Origin: Candidatus Heimdallarchaeota archaeon
Lineage (GTDB): Archaea; Asgardarchaeota; Heimdallarchaeia; JABLTI01
Assembly (NCBI GenBank): GCA_030614005.1
Contig: JAUWKS010000004.1
Location: 18,840-50,839 of the forward strand
Reading direction: 5' to 3'
DNA: 32,000 nt
Shown here: piece by piece, positions 29,160-32,000 of the stretch
How the letters are laid out: each line of letters starts with the position of its first letter
Numbering within the stretch: the stretch's first letter is position 1
Position numbers and translations under genes: made by a program
Notes under the pieces: model-generated
What the model was told of the DNA's origin: nothing
Seen by the model: only the letters and a program-made list of their open reading frames with translations
Database searches by the model: none

Positions 29160-29831
29160 TTAGTTGAACATTGTATCTTCAGCGATTCGTGTAACTTCAA
29201 CAAGAGCAATTTTAGTTGCATTTTTGCCAGTTTCAGTCAATTCATAGACTTTGCGTTCTCGATCGCCTTCCCACTGTGATTTACCCACGATATACCCCTT
29301 CTCAACTAAGCGATGAAGTGAAGGATATATTGTGCCAAGTGCAATTTTCTGTCCAAAAAAATTATCTAATTTTTCAACAAGTTCGTATCCATGTAGAGGA
29401 GATAACTTAAGTATTAATAAAATTCTAAATTGAGCTAGACTTTTCAGCAACTCTATTCCGGGAGAATCATCATCTAGATTAGGAGCTTTATTAACGATGA
29501 TACAATTCAAGCTGTCCTGAGCATTATCCATCGCAATTCGACCTAAGCGAGTTACAACATAGGTTTTCCTTTTTCGACCAGATACTATCGTGGTTTTACT
29601 TTGAATATACTCTTTTGTTTTCATCCTTTGAAGTAATGGATAAATTGTGCCAGGTGAAAGTCTTCGTCCATAAATGGGTTCAAGCATACTTACAAGCTCA
29701 TACCCATGTTGCGGGCCTTTTTTAAGAATTAAAAGAACCAATAATTGCGTTAAACCTGATATTAATTCATGACCTATTTTAGAAACTGAATTTTCACTAC
29801 TACGATTAGTACTCTCACTTTTTCCAGGCAA
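29160..29831 (-). CDS. Tandem-PadR-domain transcriptional regulator
   Basis: Two PadR-like wHTH units are present. The first is LLVLLILKKGPQHGYELVSMLEPIYGRRLSPGTIYPLLQRMKTKEYI...RKRKTYVVTRLG. The second is ILLILKLSPLHGYELVEKLDNFFGQKIALGTIYPSLHRLVEKGYI...RERKVYELTETG. The track start is TTG, so the start is uncertain. Confidence 0.8.
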   Translation of the reverse strand: MPGKSESTNRSSENSVSKIGHELISGLTQLLVLLILKKGPQHGYELVSMLEPIYGRRLSPGTIYPLLQRMKTKEYIQSKTTIVSGRKRKTYVVTRLGRIAMDNAQDSLNCIIVNKAPNLDDDSPGIELLKSLAQFRILLILKLSPLHGYELVEKLDNFFGQKIALGTIYPSLHRLVEKGYIVGKSQWEGDRERKVYELTETGKNATKIALVEVTRIAEDTMFN

Positions 29832-29860
29832 GAAATCACAACTTTACAAAGATATAGTTA

Positions 29861-29880
29861 GATAACAATATATTGGTATC
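29861..29880. promoter_or_regulatory. Imperfect 20-bp palindrome upstream of the PadR gene; candidate operator
   Basis: gataaCAATATATTGgtatc has a perfect 10-bp palindromic core and 18 of 20 symmetric positions. It is flanked by tagtta on both sides and lies 30-50 bp upstream of the PadR start. Confidence 0.3.
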
Positions 29881-29943
29881 TAGTTATATGTATGTTTTCA
29901 ATTACTCATCAGTTAATTTGAATTAAAAAATCTTTTCCAGATG

Positions 29944-30003
29944 AATGAAAGAGAAAATAAAAATAAGAAAAAAGAGAATAGAATTTAGATTTCTATTCTT
30001 TTT
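29944..30003 (-). terminator. Hairpin plus T-rich terminator immediately after EF-1alpha
   Basis: A 9-bp perfect stem agaatagaa / ttctattct (29975-29983 and 29991-29999) has a 7-nt loop. On the minus strand it is followed by ctcTTTTTTcttaTTTTTaTTTT. Confidence 0.55.
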
Positions 30004-30004
30004 A

Positions 30005-31420
30005 TTATTCTTTTTTAGCTTTTATTGCTTTTTTTGCTTTTACGTCTGTAACAATTCCTACAGCGACTGTTTGTCCCATATCACGTGCGGCAAAACGTCC
30101 CAATGCGGGGAAGTCTGCGAATTTTTCGCAAATGAATGGTGCAAATGGTTGGAATGTAATCTCAGCAAAGTCACCTTGTAAGAGGTATATTTTTGGATCA
30201 TATTCACCTGTGGCTACTAGGGATTTACGTTGTGGTGATTTCTTCAAAACCTTCCAATCAACAATTTGGCATGCTTGTGCAGCTTGACCAAGATGGATGA
30301 TTGGTGCATACCCTTTAGCCATACCAGTTGGTTGTGAAGCTCCAGGTTTGGAGAGGTTCTTCAATACGAAGGTACGGGCTACAAAGGTTTCAACGATCTT
30401 TGGAGCATCTTTGGGATGACCAATGACATCGCCTTTGATGATTTCATTTCGAGCAATACCTTTTATGTTAAAGCCAACATTATCACCAGGAACTGCTTGT
30501 GTAAGTTGTTCGTGATGCATTTCAATGGATTGAACTTTAGCTTTTTGGTTTGAAATTGGGAAAACAACTTCATCGCCTGGTTTTAAGATACCAGATTCAA
30601 TTTTCCCTACTGGGACAGTACCTACACCTTTGATTGCATATACATCTTGAACAGGCATTCTAAGTGGTTTGCCAGTTGGTTTTTCTGGAGCTTTAAATTC
30701 ATTAATCGCATCCATTAAAGCTAAACCTTTATACCAAGGCATTTTATCGCTTTTGCCAACTAAACCATCGCCAGTCATTCCACTTGTTGGAACGAATTTG
30801 ATAGATTCAACACGTTCTTTTGAAACAAGACCGCTTTTAACAAAGCCGTTAAGTAATGCTGTTATTCTTTCAACAACACCAAGGTAAGCTTTTTCTTCAA
30901 ACTTTACTAGATCCATTTTATTTACTGCAACAACTATTTGGGTAATACCAAGAGTAATTGCAAGTGTTAAATGCTCAATTGTTTGACCACCAGGGATTCT
31001 TCTATCACCCTTTGGTGTCTTCTCAACTCGCTCTTCAGCAAGACCAGACTCAAGATCGTTCTTTTCAACAGAAACGACGAGAATTGCAGCATTGGCTTGA
31101 GAGGCACCAGTAATCATGTTCTTTACAAAGTCCCTGTGACCAGGGGCATCAATAATTGTAAAAACGCTACTTTTAGTCTCAAACTTAAAGAAAGAAACAT
31201 CGATAGTTAAACCTCTTTCGCGTTCTTCTTGGAGCTTTTGTAAGACCCACGCGTATTTCCATGAGGGCTTTCCGATTGCCTCTGATTCTTCTGCATACTT
31301 CTGGATCAACCTTTCGTCGACTGCCCCTGCTTTATAGAGAGCATGTCCAGTCATTGTACTCTTGCCATGATCAACATGACCAATGACCACTAAGTTCAAA
31401 TGGGGTTTATCGTCAGCCAT
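30005..31420 (-). CDS. tuf: Translation elongation factor EF-1alpha (aEF1A), long form with insertions
   Basis: G1 is GHVDHGKST, G3 is DAPGHRDF and G4 is NKMD. The N-terminus is KPHLNLVVIG. KYAWVLQKLQEERERGLTID and GRFAARDMGQTVAVG are also present. AGGTG lies ~9 nt upstream of the ATG. Confidence 0.9.
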   Translation of the reverse strand: MADDKPHLNLVVIGHVDHGKSTMTGHALYKAGAVDERLIQKYAEESEAIGKPSWKYAWVLQKLQEERERGLTIDVSFFKFETKSSVFTIIDAPGHRDFVKNMITGASQANAAILVVSVEKNDLESGLAEERVEKTPKGDRRIPGGQTIEHLTLAITLGITQIVVAVNKMDLVKFEEKAYLGVVERITALLNGFVKSGLVSKERVESIKFVPTSGMTGDGLVGKSDKMPWYKGLALMDAINEFKAPEKPTGKPLRMPVQDVYAIKGVGTVPVGKIESGILKPGDEVVFPISNQKAKVQSIEMHHEQLTQAVPGDNVGFNIKGIARNEIIKGDVIGHPKDAPKIVETFVARTFVLKNLSKPGASQPTGMAKGYAPIIHLGQAAQACQIVDWKVLKKSPQRKSLVATGEYDPKIYLLQGDFAEITFQPFAPFICEKFADFPALGRFAARDMGQTVAVGIVTDVKAKKAIKAKKE

Positions 31421-31883
31421 TATATTACACCTAGGTTTATCTCAAATTCATTTATTTGCAGTTTTTTCTTACCTTTAAGAATCTTTTGAATAGAATTCAA
31501 ATTGGTTACTATTTCTGCTGTTTCTTAATTTCTGGTTTTAATTATAAAATTTTTGTTTCTTTGTAAGGTTTTTCGCCATTTTTAGTCAAGAAATTTAATA
31601 ATGATGAAGAATATTGTTTACTGACTAGAGAGAGATGGACACTTAGTGTATAAATTTCTTCAGCAAAGATTTGCTGAATAGTTTTCTCTTTTCCCGAGAA
31701 GAAAATTGGAAACGGGCGGGGATTCTTTACCCCCGTCCTTCTCTTTGAAATAATAGCTAGGAAAAAGTCTAGTTTGTTACTAGAAGTAGTATAAATCACA
31801 ACATCCATTTTTTAGTTTGAAAAGGTTTTATAATATGAACACTTAAACAAATCTTAGTCTTATATTCAAGGAGAAAATAGTGA

Positions 31884-32000
31884 ATGCCTATATTCTGTCC
31901 TAATTGCGAAGCAGCAAACGAAGAATTAGCCCAATATTGTGCAAGTTGCGGTGATGATCTTTCAAGTGCTAGAGAGAAAAAAACTAAGAAAGGTCAAACT
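31884..32000 (+). CDS. Zinc-ribbon protein, N-terminal 39 codons only; runs off the right window edge
   Basis: The ATG at 31884 is preceded by AAGGAG. Hand translation gives MPIFCPNCEAANEELAQYCASCGDDLSSAREKKTKKGQT, with a CPxC-x11-CxxC motif. Confidence 0.5.
   Translation, partial: MPIFCPNCEAANEELAQYCASCGDDLSSAREKKTKKGQT

Noticed and set aside
29945-30181. Plus-strand 78-aa ORF (MKEKIKIRKKRIEFRFLFF...)
   Set aside because: It starts in the tuf terminator hairpin and runs antisense into the tuf 3' end. Its Phe/Leu/Cys-rich translation is an artefact of the A-rich sense strand.
31713-31738. GGGG-ATTCTTTA-CCCC hairpin as a possible tRNA T-arm (minus strand)
   Set aside because: The loop is 8-9 nt and reads UAAAGAAU rather than the conserved UUCRANY. 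No acceptor, D or anticodon arms could be built around it.

Overview
AT-rich archaeal chromosomal segment with no rRNA, tRNA, CRISPR array or mobile element that I could recognise. The core is a minus-strand RNA polymerase operon: unsplit rpoB, then rpoA' , rpoA'' , rpl30e and nusA. An isolated EF-1alpha gene lies about 9 kb upstream on the same strand. Housekeeping genes flank these: sdaAA/sdaAB, tldD/pmbA, a COG2509-type FAD protein and an SbcD-related phosphoesterase. An Arf-family small GTPase fused to a Roadblock/LC7 domain, eukaryote-like stretches in EF-1alpha and the low GC suggest an Asgard (Lokiarchaeia-like) genome; this is inference only. Candidates worth follow-up: (1) a tight plus-strand trio at 21762-24743 made of the Arf-Roadblock GTPase with a non-canonical G3 motif, an orphan protein with a longin-like N-terminus, and a metallophosphoesterase. 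(2) A tight minus-strand unit at 29021-26239 made of a membrane-tethered wHTH/zinc-ribbon protein, a DapA-family protein lacking the Schiff-base lysine, and an A24 prepilin-type peptidase. The peptidase carries a ~235-aa insert with two blocks of exact 4-residue glycine repeats. (3) A co-oriented block at 4221-11306 with a ~1000-aa heavily sequon-decorated surface protein, a TrmB-type regulator split by ~400 aa of helical sequence, a PRC-barrel protein and a protein sharing the surface protein's beta-sandwich signature. (4) An SF2 helicase with altered Walker A/B residues. (5) Two unusually GC-rich structured intergenic elements. All functional calls rest on motif recognition by eye; no database search was run.
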